DNA of 63,063 nucleotides, filler included, from Octopus bimaculoides (GCF_001194135.2; 9 parts of 7 records of this genome joined end to end with filler, not necessarily neighbours in it); one strand, 5' to 3'. Counted from the whole stretch's first letter, positions 26,664 to 39,903 are shown. Program-made: numbers and translations. Notes: a model not told the origin generated them from the letters alone.

Positions 26664-27376
26664 NNNNNNNNNNNNNNNNNNNNNNNNNNNNNNNNNNNNN
26701 NNNNNNNNNNNNNNNNNNNNNNNNNNNNNNNNNNNNNNNNNNNNNNNNNNNNNNNNNNNNNNNNNNNNNNNNNNNNNNNNNNNNNNNNNNNNNNNNNNNN
26801 NNNNNNNNNNNNNNNNNNNNNNNNNNNNNNNNNNNNNNNNNNNNNNNNNNNNNNNNNNNNNNNNNNNNNNNNNNNNNNNNNNNNNNNNNNNNNNNNNNNN
26901 NNNNNNNNNNNNNNNNNNNNNNNNNNNNNNNNNNNNNNNNNNNNNNNNNNNNNNNNNNNNNNNNNNNNNNNNNNNNNNNNNNNNNNNNNNNNNNNNNNNN
27001 NNNNNNNNNNNNNNNNNNNNNNNNNNNNNNNNNNNNNNNNNNNNNNNNNNNNNNNNNNNNNNNNNNNNNNNNNNNNNNNNNNNNNNNNNNNNNNNNNNNN
27101 NNNNNNNNNNNNNNNNNNNNNNNNNNNNNNNNNNNNNNNNNNNNNNNNNNNNNNNNNNNNNNNNNNNNNNNNNNNNNNNNNNNNNNNNNNNNNNNNNNNN
27201 NNNNNNNNNNNNNNNNNNNNNNNNNNNNNNNNNNNNNNNNNNNNNNNNNNNNNNNNNNNNNNNNNNNNNNNNNNNNNNNNNNNNNNNNNNNNNNNNNNNN
27301 NNNNNNNNNNNNNNNNNNNNNNNNNNNNNNNNNNNNNNNNNNNNNNNNNNNNNNNNNNNNNNNNNNNNNNNNNNNN

Positions 27377-27413
<37 letters not shown>

Positions 27414-27922
27414 CACACACACACATACACATACACTCACACGCGCACGCACACACATACAGATTATTACTAGACTTTGTCTGCGAGGCATATTCATCAT
27501 ACGTAAAGCTTGAAAAAAAAAAAAAAAGACGAGATTCTATGTATGTATGTATGTATGTATGTATGTATGTATGTATATCGTATAGTGGTTAGGGTGTTGC
27601 ACTCACGATCGCGAGATTGTGGTTTCAATTCCTAGATCAGGTGGTGCATTTTGTTCTTGAGCAAAACACTTCATCTCATGTTGCCCTGTTATCACTTCGA
27701 CACCTGACGCGTGGTGCACCGTGCACCCGTTCAGGAAATTTCGATTTGATGGCGAGAGTGAGCTAATGTACGATACATACATTTGATCACTATAGACAAA
27801 TCCTTTGTGAAGGTCGTTCGACAAAAGCTGAACACTCATACGTCGTCTTCGACGGAAGAGTCCATCATATGCATAATATATTATATATAAATTATATATA
27901 ACATACTGTATATATCACAACA

Positions 27923-27973
<51 letters not shown>

Positions 27974-28256
27974 GTAAAAAAGTCAAGGTAGAAAGTACTA
28001 AAACAATTTTATAAAAAACATTTCCGTACCGGCTTCAGTCATTGAGACTTTTTCAACTGTAAGTATGGAAAACAATTAAATTTTGGAGAAATTAAAATGT
28101 ATTATAGTTGCTGTTTAGCCCAAGGCTAGTTCTGATCGAGTAGACCGACAGAAAAGGCGTTCCAGATGTGGGCATCTGTCATTTTGTATATGAAGGGGTG
28201 CATTGTTCAATGTGTTCAGTTTGTAAGGTTGGGGGTGTGATTTGGTCACTACTTAC

Positions 28257-28443
28257 TCTCTAATTCTTTGTGCAAGTTACTCTTCTTAAGCAGAGATGCC
28301 ATGATGGAATATCTTGGAATCCTCTTTATCGTTTCGTACAGGTTGTCTGTAGGAGGAAGCATTACATCATTTATGATGTGTAAAATACCGTTACTGGCCA
28401 CGTTGTCGGCGTTTACTAGTTGACACCCTTCAATAGTGACAAT
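28257..28443 (-). CDS. FAS1 gene A, exon 3: H2 motif of domain 1 and start of domain 2 (IVTIEGCQLVNADNVASNGILHIINDVMLPPTDNLYETIKRIPRYSIMASLLKKSNLHKELE)
   Basis: Acceptor tttttcttctttgtag|ATT, donor A|GTAAGT, 187 nt, phase 0 to 1. ASNGILHIINDVM matches H2. Not in the supplied ORF track. Confidence 0.93.
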
Positions 28444-28676
28444 CTACAAAGAAGAAAAACAAAACAAAAAAAACAAAACAAAACAAAAAACAAAAGAAAG
28501 AAAGAAGTATGTAACACGAAAGGTAGCTATCGCAAACAAATCAAAATCTCGTACAGATGTAAATCTTTAAAAAGTTTAATTTCTAAAGATGAGATTCATA
28601 CTCTAAGAATGATAATCTCATTAGCGAATATACCAACACATAATAATGCGGGGGCTTGAAGCCAATAAAATAGTGA

Positions 28677-28729
<53 letters not shown>

Positions 28730-29582
28730 TGATAATAATAATAATGATAATAATAATAGGCCCTGGCTCTCATGGCTTCTGATCTTAACTGATTGAAAGT
28801 GTTATCATGTACATGTTTTGTCTTGGTATAAAAGATGGGCTACTGCAAATATTCTGCTCAATATCACAGATTTGCATGTCAGTTGCATGACTTTAACCAT
28901 TTGAGCATGACCCTTAGTGGTTGATGATATGTGCGTCTCTGATCATGAGTAGAAGTAGTGGGGGAGCATCATAGCCATGTGTTGAGAGGAATTCTTTGGG
29001 GTTTGAATAATTCACCTTTGTAAATATAGGTGTTTTGCTTAACATCCTTNNNNNNNNNNNNNNNNNNNNNNNNNNNNNNNNNNNNNNNNNNNNNNNNNNN
29101 NNNNNNNNNNNNNNNNNNNNNNNNNNNNNNNNNNNNNNNNNNNNNNNNNNNNNNNNNNNNNNNNNNNNNNNNNNNNNNNNNNNNNNNNNNNNNNNNNNNN
29201 NNNNNNNNNNNNNNNNNNNNNNNNNNNNNNNNNNNNNNNNNNNNNNNNNNNNNNNNNNNNNNNNNNNNNNNNNNNNNNNNNNNNNNNNNNNNNNNNNNNN
29301 NNNNNNNNNNNNNNNNNNNNNNNNNNNNNNNNNNNNNNNNNNNNNNNNNNNNNNNNNNNNNNNNNNNNNNNNNNNNNNNNNNNNNNNNNNNNNNNNNNNN
29401 NNNNNNNNNNNNNNNNNNCACCATGTCGCGCACATATGCTTGGGATGCATGTGCCTGGTGTACCCTTATCAGACGGGTAGTCATGATGGGTATAATGGGA
29501 TTCGTATATTTGTACCCTAATTAGTAGTAATCTGCTGACCACATAAATCCTGACTGGAATAAGAACAAACCTTAGTCATGTC

Positions 29583-29635
<53 letters not shown>

Positions 29636-30103
29636 TTATCAGGAAAGACTACTGAAAACTTGTGGACACCTAAGGTTACACGTAGTAACCCGCTACCCAC
29701 ATAAACTCTACCAGGATTAAGACATTTTCTAACATTTGACGCAATGTCACAAATTTTGATGGTGTGAATAGACGATTCTATGTTCTAAATACTTGACTGG
29801 TACTTGTGTTATGGAATTCTGAAGGCAAAGTCGATATTTTATTTGAGTTTTGAGTTCAGAAGGTTATGAAAGAATTAAATACCGAAACACAATTTCGTTG
29901 ATACTCTTTTGACAAGTAATAATATAAACCGGTTTTAAATCGCATCAAGGTATACTTGATTTTAATTGATAAAACTAGAGTGCGACATATCTGGGGCAAC
30001 GCTAAAACTACGAATATAGATAAAAAAATTTGTACGAAGCCTTAATTCTAAATTAACACTTTTACCTGAGTAAATACAGTAAATAGGGGAGATATATTCT
30101 TAC

Positions 30104-30321
30104 CTGATTCGCTCGGTAAACGTTCACGCGGATCTTTATCCCAGCGAGGGAGGTTAATTCGAAATCATTTTTCTGAAGGTCTTTGTACATGAATTTACCT
30201 TGTACAACATGGTATTTGAGAAAGACTTCTAGCGTAGCGCTATTATTTCTCAGCATATCAAGAAAGAAAGGGCCCATGTCGCTAAAGGCCCGCTCGGTTG
30301 GTGCAAAGACAGTCCATTCTC
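30104..30321 (-). CDS. FAS1 gene A, exon 2: H1 and YH motifs (GEWTVFAPTERAF...FLKYHVVQG...IRVNVYRANQ)
   Basis: Acceptor ttgttaaag|GA, donor CAG|GTAAGA, 218 nt, phase 1 to 0. TVFAPTxxAF and YHVV are FAS1 hallmarks. Confidence 0.95.
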
Positions 30322-30721
30322 CTTTAACAAATACGGGAAGAATTATATATATATATGTACATACATACACACACACACACTTACAAACACATTTTCATAC
30401 ATATGTGCACATGTATCAGTTTCATTCCCCCACAGCAGTGGATGAATATATATTCTTAAGATCAACTTTTAGTTACACGTGAACATTCCTAGGTTTCATT
30501 ACTAATTCGGTTCTCAGCCAAATTGAATGCGGTTTTTTTAGTAATATGTGGTACCCATCAACTTGCAGACACTGTACTATGTCAATTTACCTGTTTATTT
30601 TTCAACCAAGAGGACAATAAAAGCAATATACAAACACATATGACACACTATGTCATATCAGCAATTAAAAATTCAAAATTCAAAAGGATATCTAGTGACC
30701 GAAGAAGGGACAAAGTCTTAC

Positions 30722-30779
30722 CTCCTGATTATTTCTCATATTCTTAGACACCAATAGTAAATCTCTTTACGGAAAAAAA

Positions 30780-30813
<34 letters not shown>

Positions 30814-30871
30814 TTTTTTTCCGTAAAGAGATTTACTATTGGTGTCTAAGAATATGAGAAATAATCAGGAG
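30722..30871. repeat. Perfect 150-bp palindrome centred on (TA)n
   Basis: The left and right halves are exact reverse complements (G30781 pairs with C30812). Confidence 0.9.
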
Positions 30872-30990
30872 ACCCATATCAGCAATAAAGTCGAAAAAGT
30901 ATATACAGTTATAGAGGTCAGCTGTCCTGCTGATGTGAATATTTCTTTGAAATTCAAATAAAAACGGACAACTACTCTGAAACCTCTATC
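30872..30990 (+). mobile_element. Short RLE endonuclease remnant (gene A intron 1)
   Basis: KVYTVIEVSCPADVNISLK matches the IE(V/I)SCP motif of RLE domains. Confidence 0.55.
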
Positions 30991-31280
30991 TAAACCACGT
31001 TTATACCAAGAATAATTGGTATATCTAGTTTTGCGAGTAAATACCTAAGTGACGCATGCGTTGGGATTTTAAGACAAAGAAATCAACCAGCTAACTCGCA
31101 CATTAGAAATACAATCTGTAAGCGGAAGGGTGAAAATATGAAAACCTTTTCTCAAATTTAAAATGTGATTTTGTTTTTGTAGAGATTTGTATGTTTGTTA
31201 GAAGAAGAAGAAGACTTCTCTAGAAGAAGACTTCATGTGATTAAAAACAGAAAAATACATACATATACATGCATATTTAC

Positions 31281-31311
<31 letters not shown>

Positions 31312-32243
31312 TGTATGTATGTATGTATAATATACATATATGTATTATGTATGTATATATATANNNNNNNNNNNNNNNNNNNNNNNNNNNNNNNNNNNNN
31401 NNNNNNNNNNNNNNNNNNNNNNNNNNNNNNNNNNNNNNNNNNNNNNNNNNNNNNNNNNNNNNNNNNNNNNNNNNNNNNNNNNNNNNNNNNNNNNNNNNNN
31501 NNNNNNNNNNNNNNNNNNNNNNNNNNNNNNNNNNNNNNNNNNNNNNNNNNNNNNNNNNNNNNNNNNNNNNNNNNNNNNNNNNNNNNNNNNNNNNNNNNNN
31601 NNNNNNNNNNNNNNNNNNNNNNNNNNNNNNNNNNNNNNNNNNNNNNNNNNNNNNNNNNNNNNNNNNNNNNNNNNATATATATACATATATTATGTGTGGG
31701 CGCTACTGGTAACATGTAAGCCAGTATAATCTGTTGTATGGTCAGGTGATAAACTGTGTACAATAATGAACAATAGCAATTTATTGGCATCGAATGTTAC
31801 ACACTATTCACATTTAGAAACTACGAAGAAATTCGATAAGTTGATGGTTTCTATACACAGTTAGCAGTTAGCAAGCAGAGCTGCTACAAATGCGAATATA
31901 AATCCAAATTGAGAAAGTGGGACGGGTAAAATGCACGCTACATATGTTTCTTAACTAGCTAATCTTCTGATGAACTAGTTACTCAATAAGGGGTGCTCAA
32001 CTTAGCTAATCATCAGGCCGAGATTTCCTTAATTAAATGAAGGTTAAATTGTCGCTTGGAATTTCCAAGTTAACTCACTGCAGATGTGAATTGAACTGAA
32101 TAGAGAAGCCACAAATACAGAATAAAAAAATTAAAATAAGTCAAGAAGTATGTAACGGGAAAGGATGGGGGTCAAATATGTCGGAGTGTGAGTCATATAG
32201 AGTCGAAGGGAATTAAGAAAAGAGAGAGGGGGAAGAAAGACTA

Positions 32244-32280
<37 letters not shown>

Positions 32281-32477
32281 NNNNNNNNNNNNNNNNNNNN
32301 NNNNNNNNNNNNNNNNNNNNNNNNNNNNNNNNNNNNNNNNNNNNNNNNNNNNNNNNNNNNNNNNNNNNNNNNNNNNNNNNNNNNNNNNNNNNNNNNNNNN
32401 NNNNNNNNNNNNNNNNNNNNNNNNNNNNNNNNNNNNNNNNNNNNNNNNNNNNNNNNNNNNTTGTGTAAAATGCATAC

Positions 32478-32634
32478 CTGATTCGTTAAGTTTGTGAGCT
32501 AAGCCAGCTCTTTCACCCAGTTCCACGATGGTGTTGAAGCCATATTTCTTTGCGACTTCTACCAAAGTTAAATTGTGTTTACTGTATGCGGAAGCACCAA
32601 CCACGAAGAGAACAATTAAAAAAAGAGCTTTCAT
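32478..32634 (-). CDS. FAS1 gene A, coding exon 1: signal peptide plus start of FAS1 domain 1 (MKALFLIVLFVVGASAYSKHNLTLVEVAKKYGFNTIVELGERAGLAHKLNES-G)
   Basis: ATG at 32634. Hydrophobic signal peptide ending ASA. 157 nt = 52 codons + 1, ending at donor CAG|GTATGC (phase 1), in frame with the next exon. Confidence 0.9.
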
Positions 32635-32686
32635 CTTGTATTGCCGTTCTGTCTTGTACCTTTCTAAAATATATCTTTCAATCAAA

Positions 32687-32704
32687 TTTATATGCGATTT
32701 GCAT
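32687..32704 (-). promoter_or_regulatory. Gene A core promoter: octamer ATGCAAAT followed by TATAAA
   Basis: Minus strand reads GCATGCAAATCGCATATAAATT. The TATA box is about 55 nt upstream of the ATG. Motif match only. Confidence 0.45.
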
Positions 32705-34492
32705 GCAAGTATAAGTGAATTCGTGTGGGAGTTAGAGTTAGAGTTTGTATATGTATGTATGTGTGTATCTATGCATTTGTGTTGGTTTGGGTATAGATGT
32801 GTGAGGGGGTATGTATGTGTTAGCATGACGGATGTGTCACTAGTGATAAGATATGTGATTAGAGACGTAAGAGCCAAAACAGCAGCATATACTTTTGTGT
32901 TCCCATCGCTTCCTATCCTTCTCTTCGCACCACCACCACCACTATATCCTGTCGGCTCGGTATTGTTCCTTGTATGCGGATCTAGCCAATAACTGCTTAC
33001 AACTTTCCCCTTAACAAATACTCCGTCAATTATACAAGCAAACAAGGAACTTTATACCTAGCCCATTTCCCTGTCTAATATAGTAACCAATTTTCTCTCT
33101 CAATCTATCCTTGTGTAATTGATATAGGGAGCCCACCATCAAGCAAGGTAGTTTCCTTTTTATTTATTTTTCAGTGAAGAAGGAATGACTGTGTCTATGA
33201 CCTTGTAAATTTCCCGAAGACCCGATTCTCAATTTTGCAACAGAGTGGACTTGTTGAACTCGCACAGGGACCTGGTGTGACATTGAATCGGGCGACGGAT
33301 TAAGTCATATACAGCAGAATTTGAATTCAGAAGCAGAGATCCAGGATGAACACTACTACAAAACATTCGGTCAAACGATCTCAGATTTCCGGCGGTACTT
33401 TGGTACTTTGCTTATCGACCCTGATCAGAGGAAGAGCAAAGTGTACCTCAGCAGAATCTGAATTCAGAACATAAGGAGCCGAATAAATATCGCAAAGTAT
33501 CCCGTCCAACGATCTAACGCTTCCGCCGACCTACTAGTGCTTACTGTATCGATCTTAGATGGATGAAGCACAAAGCTGATATCTTAAGGATTTGAACTCA
33601 GAACGCAAGGGACCGAATAAATACCGCTCTTCTGGTACTTTGTTTTCTTAAACCCAGACAGATGGGGTGGGGGGAAACCTCGGTAGGATTTGAAAATAGT
33701 GCGTAAGAGGCCGAGATAAATATCGCAAAGTATTCGGCCCGACGATCTCACGACTCTGCTAATTCACTTGTACGCTGTTTTTTGAAGCTAATATAGCAAT
33801 AATTGTCTCTCAGCAATTATCCTTTTGAGATTGTAGCAGAGACCACACAATCCAGCAAGAGAAAATTTACAAAGTCCTCTCGAACCGATCAACCAAAGAC
33901 AACTGAGTCCTTCTTTGACATTCTACTATGATATGTTACGGGCTGGTAGAACTGGTTGAGCATCGGGTGAGACATGAGGCGCTATTTGTGTTCAATTAGT
34001 TCCTGAGTTTGAATCACATTGAAATATGCATTGCTCTTAATCCTTAAACAGCTGGTAAAATAAGTACCAGGGAAGAGCTGAGATCAATGTGATCGATTAT
34101 ACACTTCACTCCAAAATAACAGCCTTTGTGCCGTTTTTAGGAATCTATGAAATATGTGTTTGTGTGTAGGTGTGTGTAACAGATTTGTTGAAGTAAGTTT
34201 CGCCGTTACATTGACCCGGTCAGACTATTTGGAAGATAAAACTTTTTGTGTTTCCCTTTACGTTCCGCTTGCATTTACGTCATCATTACGCTGTCTTTAT
34301 TCTTTCGATGCTGAGCCTTTTAAGAAAACATCAGAAATAATAATGGTCTCGGTATGTGGCTTCAATTATACACTTAAAAGAAATATCATGTTTGTTCTAA
34401 CGGACAACAATCCTTATTCTCAAAGGCATCATACTCCAGCAGAAAGAAAAGTGAAGCACTATGCCACTACTATCTATCTATCTGTCTATCTA

Positions 34493-34523
<31 letters not shown>

Positions 34524-36133
34524 TCCTGCCTGCCTGCCTGTCTGTCCATCCACCCACCACTCCATCCGTCCGTCCGTCCGTCTGTCTGTCGTTTCTCAGA
34601 TTGTGGGGCATATATTCCCAGCCTGGACGGGACGCTGATCCGTCGCAGAATTACTAATTTTTGCCAGCTGAGTGGACGGGAACAATGGGAGCAATATCAC
34701 ACTTATAAAACTTCTTTGAAATTTCCATTGTTTAAATACCCTGCCGTATAGAGAGCCAGCAAAATGCGAAAACTTATCGTTTAAACCTTTCAAATCGCTG
34801 GGGTCCGACTTTGACTTTTCTTTTATCGTAAAACTGTGCTCCAGGGGAGGGTTTATATCGAATGAAACTCTTAAGCTTCTCATCTCTTTGTAGGAATATA
34901 TTCTTAATCTTGACTGAAGCTAATGTCTTAATCCAAAATTAAGCTAATGTCTTAATCCCAACTTAAGTCACTGTCTTAATCTCAACTGAAGCTAATGCAC
35001 ATTTCTTGCCCTTGGTACCAGTGGAACCTCCGACTGCGTCTAACATGATAAGATGCCTGTGTAATGGCATCACCCGTTTTTGATCTTCAAGCAATTACTT
35101 ATCATACCTTTGTATTTTTTGTATTTTAATGCTGACAGAGCCCTTCCTTTCCAACACTACATCAATCCTTGTGCTTCGCAAAGATTTTGGTTATGTATTT
35201 TACACATTTTCTTCCTGAAATTTCTAACAACACACGCTTCTATGCAGGTTTCACCATTCAATCAAACCTAGCTTTTAGAAAAGCTGTATTATTCTCACGC
35301 TACCAGTACATATCGGGCACCATACATGCACTGCCTTCAAATGACACACACACTACATCACCGTGTCAGAGATACGGCAGAGACGTCAGCAGCAGGACTT
35401 TGGATGACCGACAAGGCGGAGGAGTCCAAGACCAAGGATTTGAAGGTCTCTGTGGCCAAGCGGAAGATCTACTATAGTGAATCTTCTGCTATCAGATAAC
35501 TATCAGGCAACGGTTGGGCGTCAACCAACAAGTGAGCTGCTACTACAGGGCAGCTTCACCGTCGCCCATACTCGCTGTATTCTTGTAAACCACTTGATAC
35601 CTGGCGTGGAAGCCGCGAGGTAGTCTGATGGGGGAATGACGCCAACTGCCTTACTCATCCAAGGACTTTCGTCCATAGAAGTGGGAAGCCCTGTGATGAT
35701 GGAGTGAATGTAACGGCAGCAGGTGTAAGTAAATGGGAGTTGCCAGCAAGAGCTCTGCACAAAGGCGGTTCGGTTCTGATGGTCGCAGTCAGTGCTGATA
35801 CTTGAATACTCGCAGGGGACACTGCCCACCTCGGAAGTGGATGCCTCTACAAAAGGTAAGTACAAAAGAAAGAGTGCTCAGAACAAAACCTGACTGGTTC
35901 ACCGCGACAGAACTGTCAATGTCGATCTACGACAGACAGCCAACAATGACGATGTTTGAGGGTTGGGCAGGGGAAGAGGCAGGGAGGAAAAACAGTAATG
36001 CCACGGCTGGAACAAGTATGATCATGGGTTTTACTGAAGCAGAATTGACCTGCGACTGAAAAACAATAGTGACTATAAATATAAAAATACAAAGACAAAC
36101 ACTATCACAACCACAGTAACAACAACAACAACA

Positions 36134-36177
<44 letters not shown>

Positions 36178-37283
36178 AGTATTTCTATCTGATAAGGTCG
36201 TGGTAATCGACACATGGTGCTGTGATNNNNNNNNNNNNNNNNNNNNNNNNNNNNNNNNNNNNNNNNNNNNNNNNNNNNNNNNNNNNNNNNNNNNNNNNNN
36301 NNNNNNNNNNNNNNNNNNNNNNNNNNNNNNNNNNNNNNNNNNNNNNNNNNNNNNNNNNNNNNNNNNNNNNNNNNNNNNNNNNNNNNNNNNNNNNNNNNNN
36401 NNNNNNNNNNNNNNNNNNNNNNNNNNNNNNNNNNNNNNNNNNNNNNNNNNNNNNNNATATATATATATATATATATAAAAGATATTTTGAGAGAAATCTG
36501 AAAATATCTGTTGAAGATTTCAGAAGTTATAGATAAAAAAAAACAGAAAGAGAAAGACAAAACAGAATCCAAAGAGACTAGTGGTCGTTTGCTTCTGCAA
36601 AAATTGAATTTTTTTGGTATAAAGTTCAATTTACTCAAGTTGGTATACCGTTGTGAGAAGATATTTCCAATGTTTTGGGACAAAGATGTTCTTCGGTGAA
36701 GAAAAAAGTTTGTGGATATCCTTTCTCAATGAAAGACGTCACTCATTGAGAACGGATGCACCAAACTTTAGAAAATTTTGTCTGAAACACCCACTTCTCT
36801 AACAACCTACCAAGATGAAACTTTATTTTTGCTACGGGGTATGTACATATATATGCATGCATGCGCGCGTGTGTGTGTTGTTATCTGTAAGTTTGATATC
36901 TGCAAGTTTGATATCTGCAAGTTTGATATCTGCTGTCGTCGCTCCTGATTGTTCTTGTTGCTGTTGTTCCTGCAGCTGAGTCTAAATATAGACAAATATT
37001 TGTAGTGAAAAGGAAAGAACGAATTAATCAACTAACGAGTAAACACAATGAAATAAATTTGATAATGATTCTAACATTAACACAAGGTTAAATAGTTCGG
37101 AGGGTCGGGAGGGTATAGATGATTAAATCGACCTTAGTACTTGACTGGTATTACATTTCATTGTTCCCAGAAGAATGAGACATAAGTGAGGGAACGAATT
37201 TGATTTAGGGGTGCAAGATCAGGACCAAATTTTTTTTTATAAACAAGGGCGTTTTCTCAATCTTAAAAAGCCCAAAACATAGG

Positions 37284-37343
<60 letters not shown>

Positions 37344-37898
37344 TATTATTATTATTATTATTGCAGCGTGGAAGGTGTTTATAAGCTATTTAAAATAACA
37401 CACAAAAACCGTTAGATTCACTTCATCATTTAAATTTAATTTGTCAAAATATTTTCGTCGCTTTGAGACCGCGACCTGTTCACTGACAAAATTCTGTGAT
37501 GCAGCACAGAATTTTGTCAGTGAACAGATGNNNNNNNNNNNNNNNNNNNNNNNNNNNNNNNNNNNNNNNNNNNNNNNNNNNNNNNNNNNNNNNNNNNNNN
37601 NNNNNNNNNNNNNNNNNNNNNNNNNNNNNNNNNNNNNNNNNNNNNNNNNNNNNNNNNNNNNNNNNNNNNNNNNNNNNNNNNNNNNNNNNNNNNNNNNNNN
37701 NNNNNNNNNNNNNNNNNNNNNNNNNNNNNNNNNNNNNNNNNNNNNNNNNNNNNNNNNNNNNNNNNNNNNNNNNNNNNNNNNNNNNNNNNNNNNNNNNNNN
37801 NNNNNNNNNNNNNNNNNNNNNNNNNNNNNNNNNNNNNNNNNNNNNNNNNNNNNNNNNNNNNNNNNNNNNNNNNNNNNNNNNNNNNNNNNNNNNNNNNN

Positions 37899-37951
<53 letters not shown>

Positions 37952-38618
37952 CGTATATGCATATATATTTACGCACACACATATATACATACATTATATA
38001 GACGATATTTTCGACTGAGACATTACAACCGTATCTGATTCGTTAAGTGCTACAATTCTGTGTATATACATATATTTTGCTCGATAGCTGACATTTAGCA
38101 ATGGTTTCTCTCATTGTGTTGATATGCCATTTTCTCTCATTAATAAAACTGTAGGCATTTTTGACGATACGGGTATGCTAGTATAATGCCTCACACGTAA
38201 AAAGAAAAAATATATCATAAAATCTACCAAGATTTACTATTATATAATTTTAAGACTAACGTTGAGGATTTTAACCAGTTATAAAATTACTCCCTAACTT
38301 TTGTGACATACACCAGAATTATTAAAGTAATGTAGCTTACACATTATTATAGCCATTAAATTTGGAATGGAGACTGCGAAGGTCTCAGAACGTCAGCCTA
38401 AGGAAGTTAGGAGCGCTATCGTCTGAAACTAAACATGAATGATTACAGAGAAAAATATGAAAGATCTTGGTGCCCCAGCATGACCGTAGCTTTAAAGCTG
38501 AAACACTTTAAAGAAGTAAAGAATTAAATAAGATCAAACTTGAACATAGTCGTGTTTTTAATAAATAACATACGCTGACACATACATGCTCTCACATGCT
38601 CATAAATATGTGTACGTA

Positions 38619-38992
38619 TGTGTGGTAAGTAGCTTGCTTACCAACCACATGGTCTCGGGTTCAGTCCCACTGCGTGGCATCTTGGGCAAGTGTCTTCTAC
38701 TATAGCCTCGGGCAAACCAAAACCTTGTGAGTGGATTTGGTAGACTGAAACTGAAAGAAGCCCGTCGTGTATATGTATATATATATATGTATGTGTTTGT
38801 CCCCCCAACATCGCTTGGCAACCGATGCTGGTGTGTTTATGTCCCCGTAACTTAGCGGTTCGGCAAAAGAGACCGATAGAATAAGTACTAGGCTTCTAAA
38901 GAATAAGTCCTGGGGTCGATTTGCTCGACTAAATGCGGTGCTCCAGCATGGCCACAGTCAAAATACTGAAATAAGTAAAAGAGTAAAAGAGT
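38619..38992 (+). mobile_element. SINE family 2, near full-length copy
   Basis: tRNA-like head (GGGTTCAGTCCC B-box), internal (TA/TG)n spacer and a GACTGAAA(C/T)AAGTAAAAGAG tail. Copies at about 16960-17275(-), 24140-24728(+), 44415-44525(+), 48965-49320(+) and 62322-62490(+). Confidence 0.85.
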
Positions 38993-39196
38993 ATGTTGCG
39001 NNNNNNNNNNNNNNNNNNNNNNNNNNNNNNNNNNNNNNNNNNNNNNNNNNNNNNNNNNNNNNNNNNNNNNNNNNNNNNNNNNNNNNNNNNNNNNNNNNNN
39101 NNNNNNNNNNNNNNNNNNNNNNNNNNNNNNNNNNNNNNNNNNNNNNNNNNNNNNNNNNNNNNNNNNNNNNNNNNNNNNNNNNNNNNNNNNNNNNNN

Positions 39197-39255
<59 letters not shown>

Positions 39256-39486
39256 TGTGTGTGAGTATGGTGAATTTTGTGGTATTGATAAATAACAATG
39301 AAACAACTCGTTTCAGTTCGAATCACAAGCTGTCGAAAAAAAGCCATCGTGGGGCTAATTTTCCAGTGAGACTAAATGCGGGAAATTTGATGAGAACTAA
39401 ACAAGCAACGTGTGAGTGAGTGTGTGTGTGTGAATGTATGTGAGTATGTTTGATTAGATATGTGTCATTCTATTATATTTTAAAAT

Positions 39487-39529
<43 letters not shown>

Positions 39530-39693
39530 TGTATGTGTATGTGTACTTGTGTGTGAGTATGCACGTGCATGCGTTGGTGTGTACACACACCTGATAACAT
39601 TGTTTTCATATTTCTTCCCATATTTTTCTAGAGAGTTTTAGAAAAACTTTCCTGTGAGTGTGTACGCACGCACGCACGCACGTATGTATGTAC

Positions 39694-39737
<44 letters not shown>

Positions 39738-39851
39738 GCATTTACGTACATACAAGTGGATGGATGTATGAACGTATGTGTGTGATTATGCGTATGTGCG
39801 TGTGTGCTTATGTGTGATTATGCGTATGTATGTCTGTGTGTGTGTGTGTGT

Positions 39852-39903
<52 letters not shown>

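Noticed and set aside
27470-27520. Strong minus-strand acceptor (T)n-CAAG as the missing gene A exon 4
   Set aside because: No frame encodes TxFAP, and the sequence runs into (TG)n.
34910-35000. Short tandem repeats (about 24 bp x4 here; 15 bp x3 at about 36885-36932)
   Set aside because: Ordinary local slippage duplications with no further structure.
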